Shown here in pieces: positions 1 to 9,990 of a stretch of 64,000 nt of DNA. The notes beneath the pieces are model-generated. The model was not told the DNA's origin and ran no database searches. It saw nothing but the letters and a program-made list of their open reading frames with translations. Both the position numbers and the translations under genes were made by a program. The stretch's first letter is position 1. Every line of letters begins with the position of its first letter. Source of the DNA: a virus (taxonomy: Duplodnaviria; Heunggongvirae; Uroviricota; Caudoviricetes); the IMG/VR virus record IMGVR_UViG_3300029957_000005, positions 64,001 through 128,000 of that record; one strand, written 5' to 3'.

Positions 1-225
1 TCCGTTCATCATGAAGGTGATGAACGGAGTCGGACCAATCCAGGCCACGGCTATCCAGCCTACACTGAGACCATCCACTCGATCGACTACAAATCCTTCA
101 AGGATCAAGATGAACTCAAGGTCTGGCTGAAGAGGTGGGGAAACAATTCCTCCGGACGGAAGTACATCGTCCTGAAGGTGGAACCAGTGGTGGTCGAATT
201 CGAAGCGGTGGTTCGACTAGGCTAG
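1..225 (+). CDS. hypothetical protein, 5'-truncated by the window edge
   Basis: Frame +1 open from base 1 (SVHHEGDERS...VEFEAVVRLG) to TAG at 223-225; not in ORF track. Confidence 0.55.
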   Translation, partial: SVHHEGDERSRTNPGHGYPAYTETIHSIDYKSFKDQDELKVWLKRWGNNSSGRKYIVLKVEPVVVEFEAVVRLG

Positions 226-612
226 GACTGAAGGCCAATTGATGAGCGCAGCGGAGTTGATCTCTGCTGCGCTTTTTGCTGCATCCACTGCATCCTTTGC
301 AGTTAGACGAGCCTTCTCGATCTTGGCTGAAATGCCCTTCCAGATCGACTGGAGATTCAGGATGACTTGGGCCACATCCTCCTTGGTTGGAGCAGTGATG
401 CCGACCTCAGCCAGGATGTGAGGGATCTGATCGTCCGTGATGATGTCTCCGGACGTCACAAGAAGTGCCTCCTCGTACTTTTCCTGATAGGCCATAGCTT
501 GTCCAGTTCCATTCGTGATGAACTGAAGTCTGAAGGCTTCTGCCCCATCGTCGATCGAGACCTTAGCGAGGGTCTTGAGATTGGTTAGGTCCTTCGTGAA
601 GGTTATTTTCAT
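217..612 (-). CDS. tail fibre assembly/chaperone-like protein
   Basis: Likely start MKITFTK (ATG 612, overlaps upstream stop); motif AKVSIDDGAEAFRLQFITNGTGQAMAYQEKYEEA resembles proteins found after alphaproteobacterial phage tail fibres; position after fibre gene. Confidence 0.6.
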   Translation of the reverse strand: MKITFTKDLTNLKTLAKVSIDDGAEAFRLQFITNGTGQAMAYQEKYEEALLVTSGDIITDDQIPHILAEVGITAPTKEDVAQVILNLQSIWKGISAKIEKARLTAKDAVDAAKSAAEINSAALINWPSVLA

Positions 613-1034
613 TCTGCTACAATCTCCTTCTTCCAAGGAAGCCAAGGCCACTGGTTGACTGTGAGAAGATACGTATCAGGGACCGAGAAGGACAGCTCCA
701 GGGAGCCGTCGTTGATTTCATACGGTGTTTCATCAACCTGGATCGTGACGCCCACAGGAACGTTCGAGAGAACTGTCGAATCGACTCCATCTGCCGTGAT
801 GATTTCTTTCGAAACAGCAATTGGGAGACCTATCATCGGAAGAACCATAGGCTCTTCCTTGGTGATGTCGACATAGGCCTTCTTAAGATCCGGTGGAGTC
901 GAAACACCTGTGACATCGACCTTGGAAGAGCCTTCCGGAAAATTCAACATGTGCTGATCGGCATCAATCTCTTCTCCACTGAAGGATCCGAGTATCTTTC
1001 CGGTTGACGTTTCGTATGCTATGAATCTGTTCAT
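609..1034 (-). CDS. tail fibre-associated protein (putative chaperone)
   Basis: 141 aa directly downstream of fibre gene; N-term FIAYETSTGKILG typical of post-fibre genes. Confidence 0.55.
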   Translation of the reverse strand: MNRFIAYETSTGKILGSFSGEEIDADQHMLNFPEGSSKVDVTGVSTPPDLKKAYVDITKEEPMVLPMIGLPIAVSKEIITADGVDSTVLSNVPVGVTIQVDETPYEINDGSLELSFSVPDTYLLTVNQWPWLPWKKEIVAE

Positions 1035-1038
1035 GTTC

Positions 1039-4000
1039 TTACTTTGCGAAGTAGGCGTTCAGGTGCTGAATGTTGTAGACTGTGCAGGAGCCCGTTCCTG
1101 AGAAGCGTCCAAAACCAAGTCTGAAGTTGACCGTGTTCGGAGGTCCCCACATAGCCGGAGGAAGGAGAGAATAGGAAATCGAAATCAACTGATGCGCTCC
1201 AGAAGAAGATGATGTCACATTCAATCCGGACAGGGTGATGACGCCGATGGCCATAGGATCGGTATTGAACCAATATTCGACTGCAAGCTCGAGAACTGTA
1301 GAAGTTCCGGTTGATGTAGAGTATTCGATGACCATGTTTCCAAGGAAAGGTCCTCCGGTCCACGGAATTGACAAGGCTCCCTTGGAGTACCAAGTAGTAC
1401 CGGACGTGGTCTGAGCAGTGAAGTCTTCTACGTAGTATGGCTTGGTGACTGCTTGGTCGGCAATCTTGAGAGTCGTGACGGACAAGTTGGCGATGTGAGC
1501 TGTATCGACCGTGATGGATCCCAAGTTTGCAGAGATGGCCGAGAGATCTGTGACCGACATCTTCGCAGCGGTGATGGCCCCATCGACGATCAGCTCGCCT
1601 CCGATTTTGGATCTGAACTTTGGAGTAGAGAACGCAAATGTCTTGCCGGAAACTGTGTTGGTCTTGTTGATGTAGAAGGCTATACGAGCATAGACGGCAG
1701 TCGCTGGAGTAGTGATGTCGTAGGATCTGTTGATAATACCAGCAGCCGCATTAGAGATCGAAAGATCCTGATATGACAAGTAACCATTGGAAGCCGGATC
1801 GACCGGGGCCGCAGTATAGAAGAACACTCGAACAAGAAGGTTGTTTGGAGTAGTTCCGTCGCACCAGGTTTGGAACGTGAAGTTGTAGAGTTTGCTCGGC
1901 TGGACAGCGAATGGTCGACCATAGCTTTCGTTGGTGTATCCGGATCCGCCGGCTGAAGTAAACAGGACTCCTCTTTCCGCCTGCCAAGTAGATGGAGTCC
2001 AAGTAGCAATAGAATATGCAGCGTCTCCAAGAGTCCAGGAGCCGGTGTCCTTGAAGATGGCGTCCGGAATGAGATTGTCCGAGTCGGCAATGACGAGCTT
2101 ACGAGCAGTGATTGATCCGTCAGCAACCATGTTGCCGTTGAGGACCATGGTCGTCACACCGTTCACGGCACCGACTGCGAACATCTGCTTAGGAGTCTGT
2201 CCGGCGTCCGAGACCTTGAACTTATCGACCTGGAAGACCATCTCCGAAACTGGAGTGGCATTGTTTGCATCCAGAATCAGGCCGTATCCGGCGACGTAGC
2301 CGTTGGCATTGATCTTGACCGTGTACTTGGCGTTAATGGCACCATCACCAGAAACACGAAGGGCCGCCTCAGTTGCGACCGAGGCGTCGATGGTGGTCTG
2401 AACAGTGTTGGCTGCAACTTCGTCAGCGGTCGCAATTCTCAGGACGTGCTTATGGACCAGGATCCTCTTGTTCGCAGCGGTCGGATTGTTCGGAAGGATC
2501 AGGAGAGTTACGTTAGCAAGAGTCTTGCCTCCGGTGGTCGGAGCCGAGAAGAGCTTGGAGCAGGTGTAGCGTCCGTTGGAGGCAGCGGTGAAGTCGGCAT
2601 TCGTGACGAAGTTGAAAGTGGATGTGGTGGTGTCTGTATAAGTCTTGACCAGCTGAATAAGGATGTTGGTGAAAGATCCGGAAACGAGCTCCATCACGCC
2701 TTCGTAGACGTAGTACTGATTGTCGATAGGGACGATCTTAGAAGGAACTGCAGCCGAAGCAAGATTGAGGGTGAAGCTTGTGCTCACAGCCGTAGTAGTG
2801 GTGATGTCCAAGCACTGAGGCGAATAGAGATTGTTCAGGATGTTCTTGGAGATCGTAGCTGAGGTCGAATTGGCAGAGGCCATGCCCGTTGGGAGAGTGG
2901 CCACAGCAGTCCAGTCCATGAAGACCGGATTGAGGGTCATCTGGAGTCCTGGAGAAGCTTGAGCCGAGAGGACTGCATAGGACTGAGCTGTGGTCGCCCA
3001 TCCGGAAGCACTCGCTTCTGAGGTAGCTGCATTGCCTTCTGAGACCGAAGCTGCTCCGGCGGAAGTTGCTGCATTGGTCGCTGAGGTCTGGGAGGCAGCA
3101 GCCCATGACTGAGCAGAGTTTTCGAACGCAGCTGCATCGGCAGCCGAGGTGGCAGATGCCTGGGCCTGGAGATAAGGATAGTTGACGTTGTCTCCGAGGA
3201 CGTAGAAGTACTCGATGTCCGCAACCCAGGACGAAGTGGCAATCGCCGGATAGAGACGAAGAGCCCTGATAGGATCAGGTCCGAACCAATCGTCCGAGAT
3301 GCCTGCCTGTTCGGTGGCATCGAAGTACAGATTGACGACGTTGGCTCCGTTGAGCTGAAGGACTTCCCATGCCTGTGGGCGCATCTCGAAGGAGGCGGAC
3401 ATGGTCGCACGAGTCGTCGTGTTGTAGTAGAGCCAGCAGTCCTTGAAAGGCTGTGTTGGATCAAGAGTGCCGGAGATCCAGGTCATACGGACCATGATCT
3501 TGGAGAAGTGAGTTCCGTCGAAGTCCATGTTCGGGGTCTGGACGTAGCCGTTCAAGGAGGCAACGGTTGCACGGAGCTTGCCGGCACTGTTGGTCAGAGT
3601 TCCGTTGGAAGTGAAGGATCCCGTTCCGGTCGGGAAGGTGAATGTGCCGTTTGTGAGTGGCTCGAGGTAGTGAGCGAAGCGTCCTGCAGCGGTGGCGACC
3701 AGGGAGTTGTTCGAGGAATCGATAGAGAACTGCTGAGATTCATCTCGATAGTTCTGGGCGGCGTCCCTGAAGCCCTGGGCGTCTGATGCATAGCCTTGTG
3801 AGTTGTCGGCGTAGGTGCTTGCAGAATCTTTGAAAGCTTCTGCTGCGTCCCTATACGTTTGGGAAGCAGTTGCTGCAGCCTCCGCGAGGGTCTGGGCTAT
3901 TGCGGCCTGAGTCGAGGCGGTCTGAACTTCAGAGGAGTTAGGTCCGACGAGCTTAAGACCCCAGATTTTGAAGACATCGCCTGGCGTGTCAGAAAGCTTG

Positions 4001-4557
4001 AATGCTAGGCCGGTGGATCCTATCGAGAACCAGTCAGAGACGACCGAGAGATCGAAGGCCACATAGGATCTGGTTCCGGAGGACAGAGCAACAGGATCTC
4101 CGGTCGGAGACACTCCGTAGCCAGTGAAGTCATAGGCATGAGATCCATTCTTGTAGGATCCCTTCTGGGCTGGGACGTATCCGGTGGAAACGAGCTCGAC
4201 CCATGCGATGAGGTGAGTGAACCTCTTGGTGTCGATGGCTAGACCATCGTTCTTGAGGTAGTCCGACGTTCCGGTGGTCCAGAGACCGAATGGCTCAACA
4301 GAATCCGGGACCAGAGTTCCGGTTGCAGAAACCCAGCCATTTGCTGTTCCGTCTGCGAAGAAGGTTGTGTAAGGTGGAGCAGCATCGATGTATTGGTTCG
4401 GAGGAGTTGGAGCGCCTGCTCCTCCGCCACCAGATTCCAGATCCGAGACGGCTACATTGAGCTTGTCAAAAGCAGTCTTGACCGAGTCTCCGACAAAGTC
4501 GGGATCCGGCTTCTCGAAAGGAAAGATTTCACCAATTACTACGGGGTCGAACGCCAT
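1039..4557 (-). CDS. tail fibre / receptor-binding protein (1172 aa)
   Basis: N-term GDSVKTAFDKLN (gp9/gp10-type anchor motif), Ala/Ser-rich helical linkers, beta-rich modules, KYTVKINANGYVAGYGL...FQVDKF (lambda J/DUF1983-like), GAITAAKMSVTDLSAISANLGSI repeat. Confidence 0.8.
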   Translation of the reverse strand: MAFDPVVIGEIFPFEKPDPDFVGDSVKTAFDKLNVAVSDLESGGGGAGAPTPPNQYIDAAPPYTTFFADGTANGWVSATGTLVPDSVEPFGLWTTGTSDYLKNDGLAIDTKRFTHLIAWVELVSTGYVPAQKGSYKNGSHAYDFTGYGVSPTGDPVALSSGTRSYVAFDLSVVSDWFSIGSTGLAFKLSDTPGDVFKIWGLKLVGPNSSEVQTASTQAAIAQTLAEAAATASQTYRDAAEAFKDSASTYADNSQGYASDAQGFRDAAQNYRDESQQFSIDSSNNSLVATAAGRFAHYLEPLTNGTFTFPTGTGSFTSNGTLTNSAGKLRATVASLNGYVQTPNMDFDGTHFSKIMVRMTWISGTLDPTQPFKDCWLYYNTTTRATMSASFEMRPQAWEVLQLNGANVVNLYFDATEQAGISDDWFGPDPIRALRLYPAIATSSWVADIEYFYVLGDNVNYPYLQAQASATSAADAAAFENSAQSWAAASQTSATNAATSAGAASVSEGNAATSEASASGWATTAQSYAVLSAQASPGLQMTLNPVFMDWTAVATLPTGMASANSTSATISKNILNNLYSPQCLDITTTTAVSTSFTLNLASAAVPSKIVPIDNQYYVYEGVMELVSGSFTNILIQLVKTYTDTTTSTFNFVTNADFTAASNGRYTCSKLFSAPTTGGKTLANVTLLILPNNPTAANKRILVHKHVLRIATADEVAANTVQTTIDASVATEAALRVSGDGAINAKYTVKINANGYVAGYGLILDANNATPVSEMVFQVDKFKVSDAGQTPKQMFAVGAVNGVTTMVLNGNMVADGSITARKLVIADSDNLIPDAIFKDTGSWTLGDAAYSIATWTPSTWQAERGVLFTSAGGSGYTNESYGRPFAVQPSKLYNFTFQTWCDGTTPNNLLVRVFFYTAAPVDPASNGYLSYQDLSISNAAAGIINRSYDITTPATAVYARIAFYINKTNTVSGKTFAFSTPKFRSKIGGELIVDGAITAAKMSVTDLSAISANLGSITVDTAHIANLSVTTLKIADQAVTKPYYVEDFTAQTTSGTTWYSKGALSIPWTGGPFLGNMVIEYSTSTGTSTVLELAVEYWFNTDPMAIGVITLSGLNVTSSSSGAHQLISISYSLLPPAMWGPPNTVNFRLGFGRFSGTGSCTVYNIQHLNAYFAK

Positions 4558-4561
4558 ATCC

Positions 4562-4568
4562 TATGTAT
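4562..4568 (-). promoter_or_regulatory. late promoter, 4 nt before tail fibre ATG
   Basis: ATACATA. Confidence 0.55.
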
Positions 4569-4572
4569 TAGC

Positions 4573-6558
4573 CTAGGTGGTGGTCGTTCCATCCCCATTG
4601 TCGGTTCCGTACTGGAATCCTTTGTCGTATCCGTGGAGCTCCCCATCCATTCCGGAGGAGTGGCCTTGAGTCTTCTCACCGTCGAATGGCTTGAAGGTCT
4701 CCATAGCCTTGTCGATCTTGTCCTTGTCCGTGTTCTTGACGTTCTCGGAACGATCTCCGCTGGATGACCCGGCACCTGAAGATCCTTGAGGAGATGGAGG
4801 CGGAGGCGGTCCTCCACCGAGGGCTGCAGCGATTTCGACCACTCCACCGGTATCGGCCCACTGGGCTCTATCGACCTTCGGAGTGGCATTGACTGCAGAA
4901 CCCTGGAGCTTGACCGGACCAGAGGAAAAGATGGTGGTTTCCGAAGCACCAGAGACGATGGTCTTTCCACCGGTGGAGGCAACAGTTGTTGCTCCCTTTC
5001 CGAGGACGTCCATCTTGGCATCCGATGAGACTGCGAAATTCCCCTTGGCCGCTAGAGATGCATTGCCCGCAACACCCACAGAGAGGTTTGCTTCGGTGAC
5101 GATGTTGATGTCCTTGGTGGCTCCGATGTTGACGTTGCCGTCGTGGGCCAGGATGTTGGACGAAGCTGCATTGATGATTGAGTCTCCATCCACAGAAAGA
5201 GAATGGAAGCCCTGGACGATCTCCATCTTGTCGCCGGCTACGGAGTTCGCATCTCCTCCTCCGACCGTCCTGTTCGCATCCCCTCCGACCGTGACGAGCA
5301 TCCTGCCGCCGACGTGGAGATTGTAGTCATTGGACACCGAATGGTTCATATTGCCATTGACTCGAAGACCACAGTCTCCGTTGACGATGATCTGGCACTG
5401 GCCATTGATCAGGATGTGATCGTTGCCCATGATGGCGGTGTATCGAGAGCCGACAACGATGACTCGCTCGGATCCATCGGCCATGATTTCATAGCCGGTT
5501 CCTGTCTTGTGACGCTCTTGGATGCGTTCATTGCCAGGAGTCGAGTCGAATTCCTTGAAGTGACCACCTTCGTATTCCTTGACGCTGTTGTAGGGATACT
5601 GAGGAGATGCCTGGGACGATGGAAAGGAAAAGGCTGCAGCATCAGGCTGGGTACGTGGATGGCCGCTCCCTGATCCGCCTCCTACGCCGTCTGCCGGTCC
5701 TCCAGAATTGTAGGCTTGAGTGAAACCGGTCGAACGATTGATTCCACCCTTGGCGAACATGTTGTAGTAGGAAGCAGTGTCCGTTCCGTAGGCGTCTCGA
5801 TTGTTCTGACCGTTCTTGAACTTGCGAGCTCCACCAGGACCCTTAAGGTGGGCAGCAGCCAGGAAGCCGGCGACTTGATCGGCCGGCATGGACGGATCGA
5901 CCGTCTTGTTCCTCAGGAGGGCCTTGTAGTTTCCGTTGGTGTAGGTGATGAGGCCCTTGTCCTGAACGTTATTGACGTTCGAGAGCCAGGCGGATCTAGA
6001 CGAGACTCCGTCCTTGCCGGTCCAAGCATTTGGATTGCGAAGGGATCTGGTTCCGTATCCGGCCCTAACGTAGCCGAGTCCTCTCAGAGCATCAGCACCA
6101 AACTGCCATCTTCCGCAGAAGCCGATCGTATTGACCGAGGCATAGTTGTTGCCGGATTCTCTCTGTCCGAGGATGTTTCGATAGTTCTCCCAGAGCTGGC
6201 CGCGGACTGGACCCACACCATCTCCTGAACCAGTGGCCGAAGCTCCGGTTGCATCTCCGGTCGAGGCGTCCTGACCTATCTGAGGGACATTGCCGTCGGC
6301 TTGAGCCTTGTCTCCAGAGCCATCGTAGGCAGGAGCAAACTCCAGTCCGGATGGAACGGTTTGATCGGCTTGGTCAGCTATGTCTCGGACGTCCGGCTTG
6401 GACTTGCCGAAGGTAGTTGCAGCCATGTTGACGGAAGAATGGCCGGACTCGGAATAGTTCGGACGCGCGTAGCGAGTTGCAGAATCTTCCAGCCCAAACT
6501 TGAGAGGACCTCCAGCCGCGTTCTTGTTCTTGATGAAGCCACTTAGGTCTACTCTCAT
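4573..6558 (-). CDS. gp5 C-terminal part: lysozyme-fold domain plus beta-helix needle
   Basis: ILGQRESGNNYASVNTIGFCGRWQFG (lysozyme-like); YPYNSVKEYEGGHFKEFDSTPGNERIQERHKTGT and 8-residue VxG repeats typical of T4 gp5 C-terminus. Confidence 0.8.
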   Translation of the reverse strand: MRVDLSGFIKNKNAAGGPLKFGLEDSATRYARPNYSESGHSSVNMAATTFGKSKPDVRDIADQADQTVPSGLEFAPAYDGSGDKAQADGNVPQIGQDASTGDATGASATGSGDGVGPVRGQLWENYRNILGQRESGNNYASVNTIGFCGRWQFGADALRGLGYVRAGYGTRSLRNPNAWTGKDGVSSRSAWLSNVNNVQDKGLITYTNGNYKALLRNKTVDPSMPADQVAGFLAAAHLKGPGGARKFKNGQNNRDAYGTDTASYYNMFAKGGINRSTGFTQAYNSGGPADGVGGGSGSGHPRTQPDAAAFSFPSSQASPQYPYNSVKEYEGGHFKEFDSTPGNERIQERHKTGTGYEIMADGSERVIVVGSRYTAIMGNDHILINGQCQIIVNGDCGLRVNGNMNHSVSNDYNLHVGGRMLVTVGGDANRTVGGGDANSVAGDKMEIVQGFHSLSVDGDSIINAASSNILAHDGNVNIGATKDINIVTEANLSVGVAGNASLAAKGNFAVSSDAKMDVLGKGATTVASTGGKTIVSGASETTIFSSGPVKLQGSAVNATPKVDRAQWADTGGVVEIAAALGGGPPPPPSPQGSSGAGSSSGDRSENVKNTDKDKIDKAMETFKPFDGEKTQGHSSGMDGELHGYDKGFQYGTDNGDGTTTT

Positions 6559-7463
6559 GGTATTGATTTGAAATCTTGGTCCGGAGTTCGTCTGAGGAGC
6601 TTAAGATCCTCGTAGACGTATTTCATCTCTATATACTTCGTATTGGCGACCAGATCCTTGACCTGGGACTTGAGGAGAGTCACACAGGCCGCATAGTCCT
6701 CTTTGTTTCTGACGTAGGTCGAAACGGTCGGAACCTTGACCAAATACTCCTCGAGAACGTAGAGAAGGTTCTTGAGCTGATCGTAGTCCGAGAACCTGGA
6801 CGAATAGACTTCCTCGGTGTGGAAGATCTTGGTCAGGACGGTCTCGCTCACATTGGCCTCAGAATGGAGTACTCGGATCTTTTCGGTATTCGTCCAGAGG
6901 GCTCCATTGGTGATCCAGATCTTCTTTCTGGCGATGTTGGCAGTGATGTAGAAGTCTTCGACTTCCTTCTTCTGACTGTCCTGGATGGTGATCGCATTCA
7001 GGAGCTTGGAGATCACATCGTTGAACAGACCATTCGGATTGAAGTCGATGTTGATGTTCGGGCTGCCTCTGAGCTTCTTCTCGGACTCCGGATAGGAATA
7101 TGAGGTCTTCCTGAAGACGGAGGACAAGGCGGTCCCGAAGAACTTGGAGATGCCTGAATTTCCGAGGATCTTGGATAGCTCGGTCTGAAGACCAGCCTGG
7201 GCCATATTGGCCAGAGCAGTCGGAGACACCGAATTGTTGAAGACGTTCCTGAAGGTCTGACCAGTCTCGTTGATCGATCCGAGGATGGAAGAGAAGTTTC
7301 CGATCTTTGAGAAGTCCAGGCCGTTCATGACCGGACGAACCAGCTCGGTGAAGAAAGGCGGGATGTCGTATGAGGTCATGTCCTCGGTCGGAACGAAGAA
7401 AGGCTTATCGACGTTCTGGTCCGTTGAGCTCGATGAGGTCGAAGTGTCTGCTACATCTGACAT
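6555..7463 (-). CDS. hypothetical protein between the two gp5 halves
   Basis: 302 aa, overlaps both neighbours; no recognised motif. Confidence 0.7.
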   Translation of the reverse strand: MSDVADTSTSSSSTDQNVDKPFFVPTEDMTSYDIPPFFTELVRPVMNGLDFSKIGNFSSILGSINETGQTFRNVFNNSVSPTALANMAQAGLQTELSKILGNSGISKFFGTALSSVFRKTSYSYPESEKKLRGSPNINIDFNPNGLFNDVISKLLNAITIQDSQKKEVEDFYITANIARKKIWITNGALWTNTEKIRVLHSEANVSETVLTKIFHTEEVYSSRFSDYDQLKNLLYVLEEYLVKVPTVSTYVRNKEDYAACVTLLKSQVKDLVANTKYIEMKYVYEDLKLLRRTPDQDFKSIP

Positions 7464-8380
7464 TAAACCGTGATGACCTCAGGCGTAGTCGGCGTAGTTG
7501 GTGTGGCAGGAGCATTTCCACCAGTTGAGGTGGACGGGCGTGGGGTTCCGGTTGGCCACATGATGGCGAAGATCCTGGAAGGTGAAGTTCCAGAGATGTC
7601 TACTCTATCAGAGACATTACCTCCGAGGAGCATGACTCGTCCGCCTTTGGTCCCGACGCAGAAACCTACGTGTCCATCGTTGGAGTTGGCTCCACGGTTT
7701 AGAACCACGATCGCTCCATACTCCAGATTGTCGATCCTGGTAAGGGAGGGCGCCGTAGCAAAGGACTTTGCATTGCCCAAGCCAGTGACACTCACTCCTG
7801 CCTGCTTCAGACACCAGGCGGCGAATGCTGCGCACCAAGGAGTTTCGTCGTTGCGGGCCGTTCCGACTGTGGACAGATACTCAAGGACTCTCGGGTTGTG
7901 TTGTGCTCCCTTGATCTCCTTGGTTCCGACTTCACCACGAGCGATCTGGAGCCAAGAAGGCCCGTCCCCGGTAGGAGTGAAATCTCCAGGAACGCCGATG
8001 TTGTTGTTCGTTCCGTCCTGAATGACGTTCTGACCTCGATCGAGGATGTTGGATGAGGAGCCATCCCCTTCGAGGGTGTTGATGGTTCCCATGACGAAAG
8101 GAACCTGTTGATCAGATCCGTCCAGCCACATTCCGAAGACGATGGATCCGAGCATCAGACCGACTGGAGCATCTCCGACGCCGGACATGGCAGCCTCGGT
8201 GACGGGCATCAGGACGGTAGCCCACGGGAGGGATTCGGTTGGAATCAGTGTGGTGTCCTGGGTGTGGAAGCCATAGACCCTCACACGGACGCGACCGATC
8301 TGAAGTGGATCAGATCGATCTTCTACTACTCCAAACCAGAACTGGGGATTTGTGCCGAAGAACTTTGGGAAGTAGGACAA
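7463..8380 (-). CDS. gp5 N-terminal OB-fold fused to CHAP/NlpC-like cysteine peptidase
   Basis: WFGVVEDRSDPLQIGRVRVRVYGFHT...LPWATVL (gp5 OB); PWLQIARGEVG...DETPWCAAFAAWCL...GHVGF (Cys/His dyad, TIGR02594-like). Confidence 0.85.
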   Translation of the reverse strand: MSYFPKFFGTNPQFWFGVVEDRSDPLQIGRVRVRVYGFHTQDTTLIPTESLPWATVLMPVTEAAMSGVGDAPVGLMLGSIVFGMWLDGSDQQVPFVMGTINTLEGDGSSSNILDRGQNVIQDGTNNNIGVPGDFTPTGDGPSWLQIARGEVGTKEIKGAQHNPRVLEYLSTVGTARNDETPWCAAFAAWCLKQAGVSVTGLGNAKSFATAPSLTRIDNLEYGAIVVLNRGANSNDGHVGFCVGTKGGRVMLLGGNVSDRVDISGTSPSRIFAIMWPTGTPRPSTSTGGNAPATPTTPTTPEVITV

Positions 8381-8383
8381 TGC

Positions 8384-8698
8384 TTACTTTCCCTTCTTCT
8401 GCCTCGCATTCAGCTCGGCGACCTTTGCGTTGTAGTCGTTGATGATCTTGTGGATCGCGCCCATGTTGGCTGCGCAGGTGGCGTTCTTGCCGAGGATCTT
8501 TTCAACGATGGTGTGGACGTCGGCGTTCTTGAGAGGGAAGGCTGGGAGTTCCTTCTTGACCAACTTGGCGCAGACGAAGAGGTTCTCCGGAACCTGGATC
8601 TGTTCGAACTGGCTCTGGATCTGAATCTCTTTGGTCGTATTGCATCCGACCAGAAAGGCCGAGGTCGCTAGAATGATTATGATGTCTCTGAACTTCAT
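8384..8698 (-). CDS. o-spanin lipoprotein
   Basis: Signal peptide with lipobox LVG-C19; 4-nt overlap with upstream i-spanin. Confidence 0.8.
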   Translation of the reverse strand: MKFRDIIIILATSAFLVGCNTTKEIQIQSQFEQIQVPENLFVCAKLVKKELPAFPLKNADVHTIVEKILGKNATCAANMGAIHKIINDYNAKVAELNARQKKGK

Positions 8699-9063
8699 GG
8701 GAGTTGCTTGCTCAATCTATTGAAGAATTCCTGCGTCGACGGAGGCGCGAGGTCATTGTTGTCGGCCGGAAGGTTAAGCTGAAGATCCTTGAGCCTCTCA
8801 AGGGCTGCACGCTCTTCTTGATCCCTCTGATTGAGGGCATCTTCCACGGACTTTGCCTTGGCCTGATAGAGCTCGATCGAGAGATCCTTGGAAGCAATGA
8901 TCCCATTGAGGTTGGTGATCTTCGCCTCGTAGGAGGCGTTCTCGGAGGTCAGGTCGTAGAACTTCCATCCGACAAGAAGTACGGCTAGGATGCCGACGAT
9001 AATCGCCACCCATTTGATGTTGGCCCATAGAGATGCGAAGAGGGATCCAGCGATTGCAAACAT
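8695..9063 (-). CDS. i-spanin
   Basis: Single N-terminal TM helix followed by coiled coil; paired with a lipoprotein gene. Confidence 0.75.
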   Translation of the reverse strand: MFAIAGSLFASLWANIKWVAIIVGILAVLLVGWKFYDLTSENASYEAKITNLNGIIASKDLSIELYQAKAKSVEDALNQRDQEERAALERLKDLQLNLPADNNDLAPPSTQEFFNRLSKQLP

Positions 9064-9070
9064 AACGCAG

Positions 9071-9077
9071 TATCTAT
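9071..9077 (-). promoter_or_regulatory. late promoter, 7 nt before i-spanin ATG
   Basis: ATAGATA. Confidence 0.65.
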
Positions 9078-9081
9078 CTCG

Positions 9082-9318
9082 TCAGGCGGTGGCTCCGCCA
9101 CGCTGCTTTTGAAGAACCTTCTTTGCGCCTTCGTTCAGGTTGTTCCGATTGAACTTCCAGTCGGCGACGTCCTTGAGGTATTCCTCACGGTCCGAGAGGT
9201 TGACCACCTTGCAGCGACGCGGATCCTTCTCGTCCCAGTGAATGATCTCCTGGAAGACCTTGGGGAGGTGATCAAATTCTTTTTGAGTCAAAGGTGGGAA
9301 GAGAGGAAGGGATTTCAT
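9082..9318 (-). CDS. hypothetical protein
   Basis: 78 aa, co-oriented with neighbours. Confidence 0.55.
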   Translation of the reverse strand: MKSLPLFPPLTQKEFDHLPKVFQEIIHWDEKDPRRCKVVNLSDREEYLKDVADWKFNRNNLNEGAKKVLQKQRGGATA

Positions 9319-9341
9319 GAATTCTCCAGATGAACTACATA

Positions 9342-9605
9342 TTACCAGTTGATGACGCAGGACCAGATGATGTCCAACCTCTTGTAGAGGGACGTGCGCT
9401 GCTTGTCATCGCTGAATTCTTGGGTCATTTCCTTCCCCTTCAGGAAGACTTGACCGAACTCGATCTTACCGGCTTCGAGCATGGCGTCGATCTCGTCGTC
9501 GGTGAGCTTCTCCCGATTCTGATAGGTCAGGAGGGCGTCGATGTGACGCTTGGCAAAGATGGTTTCATCCTTGTCGATCCGGATCGCTTTCATCTCAAGG
9601 CTCTC
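9342..9605 (-). CDS. hypothetical protein
   Basis: ORF 9342..9620; internal start near MKAIRID likely, start approximate. Confidence 0.5.
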   Translation of the reverse strand, partial: ESLEMKAIRIDKDETIFAKRHIDALLTYQNREKLTDDEIDAMLEAGKIEFGQVFLKGKEMTQEFSDDKQRTSLYKRLDIIWSCVINW

Positions 9606-9811
9606 CCGGGATCCGGCCAACCACCGTTGTCGTACTTGATCTCGAAGTCACCGCGGACTCCGTTCCACTTCTGGCAGTAGTCGTTGGCTTCGGAGGCCGC
9701 ACCACGGAGGTGCGGCCTCCCATCCTTGTAGATCATCGCTGTCCGGAATGGACCCTTCTCGATCTGGAAGGTGTAGCGATTTGTCTTGCGAGCGACGAAT
9801 TCACGGGTCAT
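9590..9811 (-). CDS. hypothetical protein
   Basis: 73 aa, overlapping neighbours in an operon-like series. Confidence 0.55.
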   Translation of the reverse strand: MTREFVARKTNRYTFQIEKGPFRTAMIYKDGRPHLRGAASEANDYCQKWNGVRGDFEIKYDNGGWPDPGRALR

Positions 9812-9990
9812 GGGTTCTTGCTCCGCAGGTACTTCTCTTCGAGGAAGAGCTGATCGGACTCATACTGTTCGTCGGTCTGAGCTTCCAGCTTGGTGGTGTC
9901 GAAACCAAGGGCTTTACGGAAGGCAATCAGTTCGAGGCGAGTCATTTCGATCCAGTCTCCAATTTCTAAGGAGACTCTATCAAACTTCAA
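9808..9990 (-). CDS. hypothetical protein (true start probably downstream of the promoter at 9974-10003)
   Basis: 60-aa ORF; early promoter overlaps the listed 5' end. Confidence 0.4.
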   Translation of the reverse strand: MKFDRVSLEIGDWIEMTRLELIAFRKALGFDTTKLEAQTDEQYESDQLFLEEKYLRSKNP

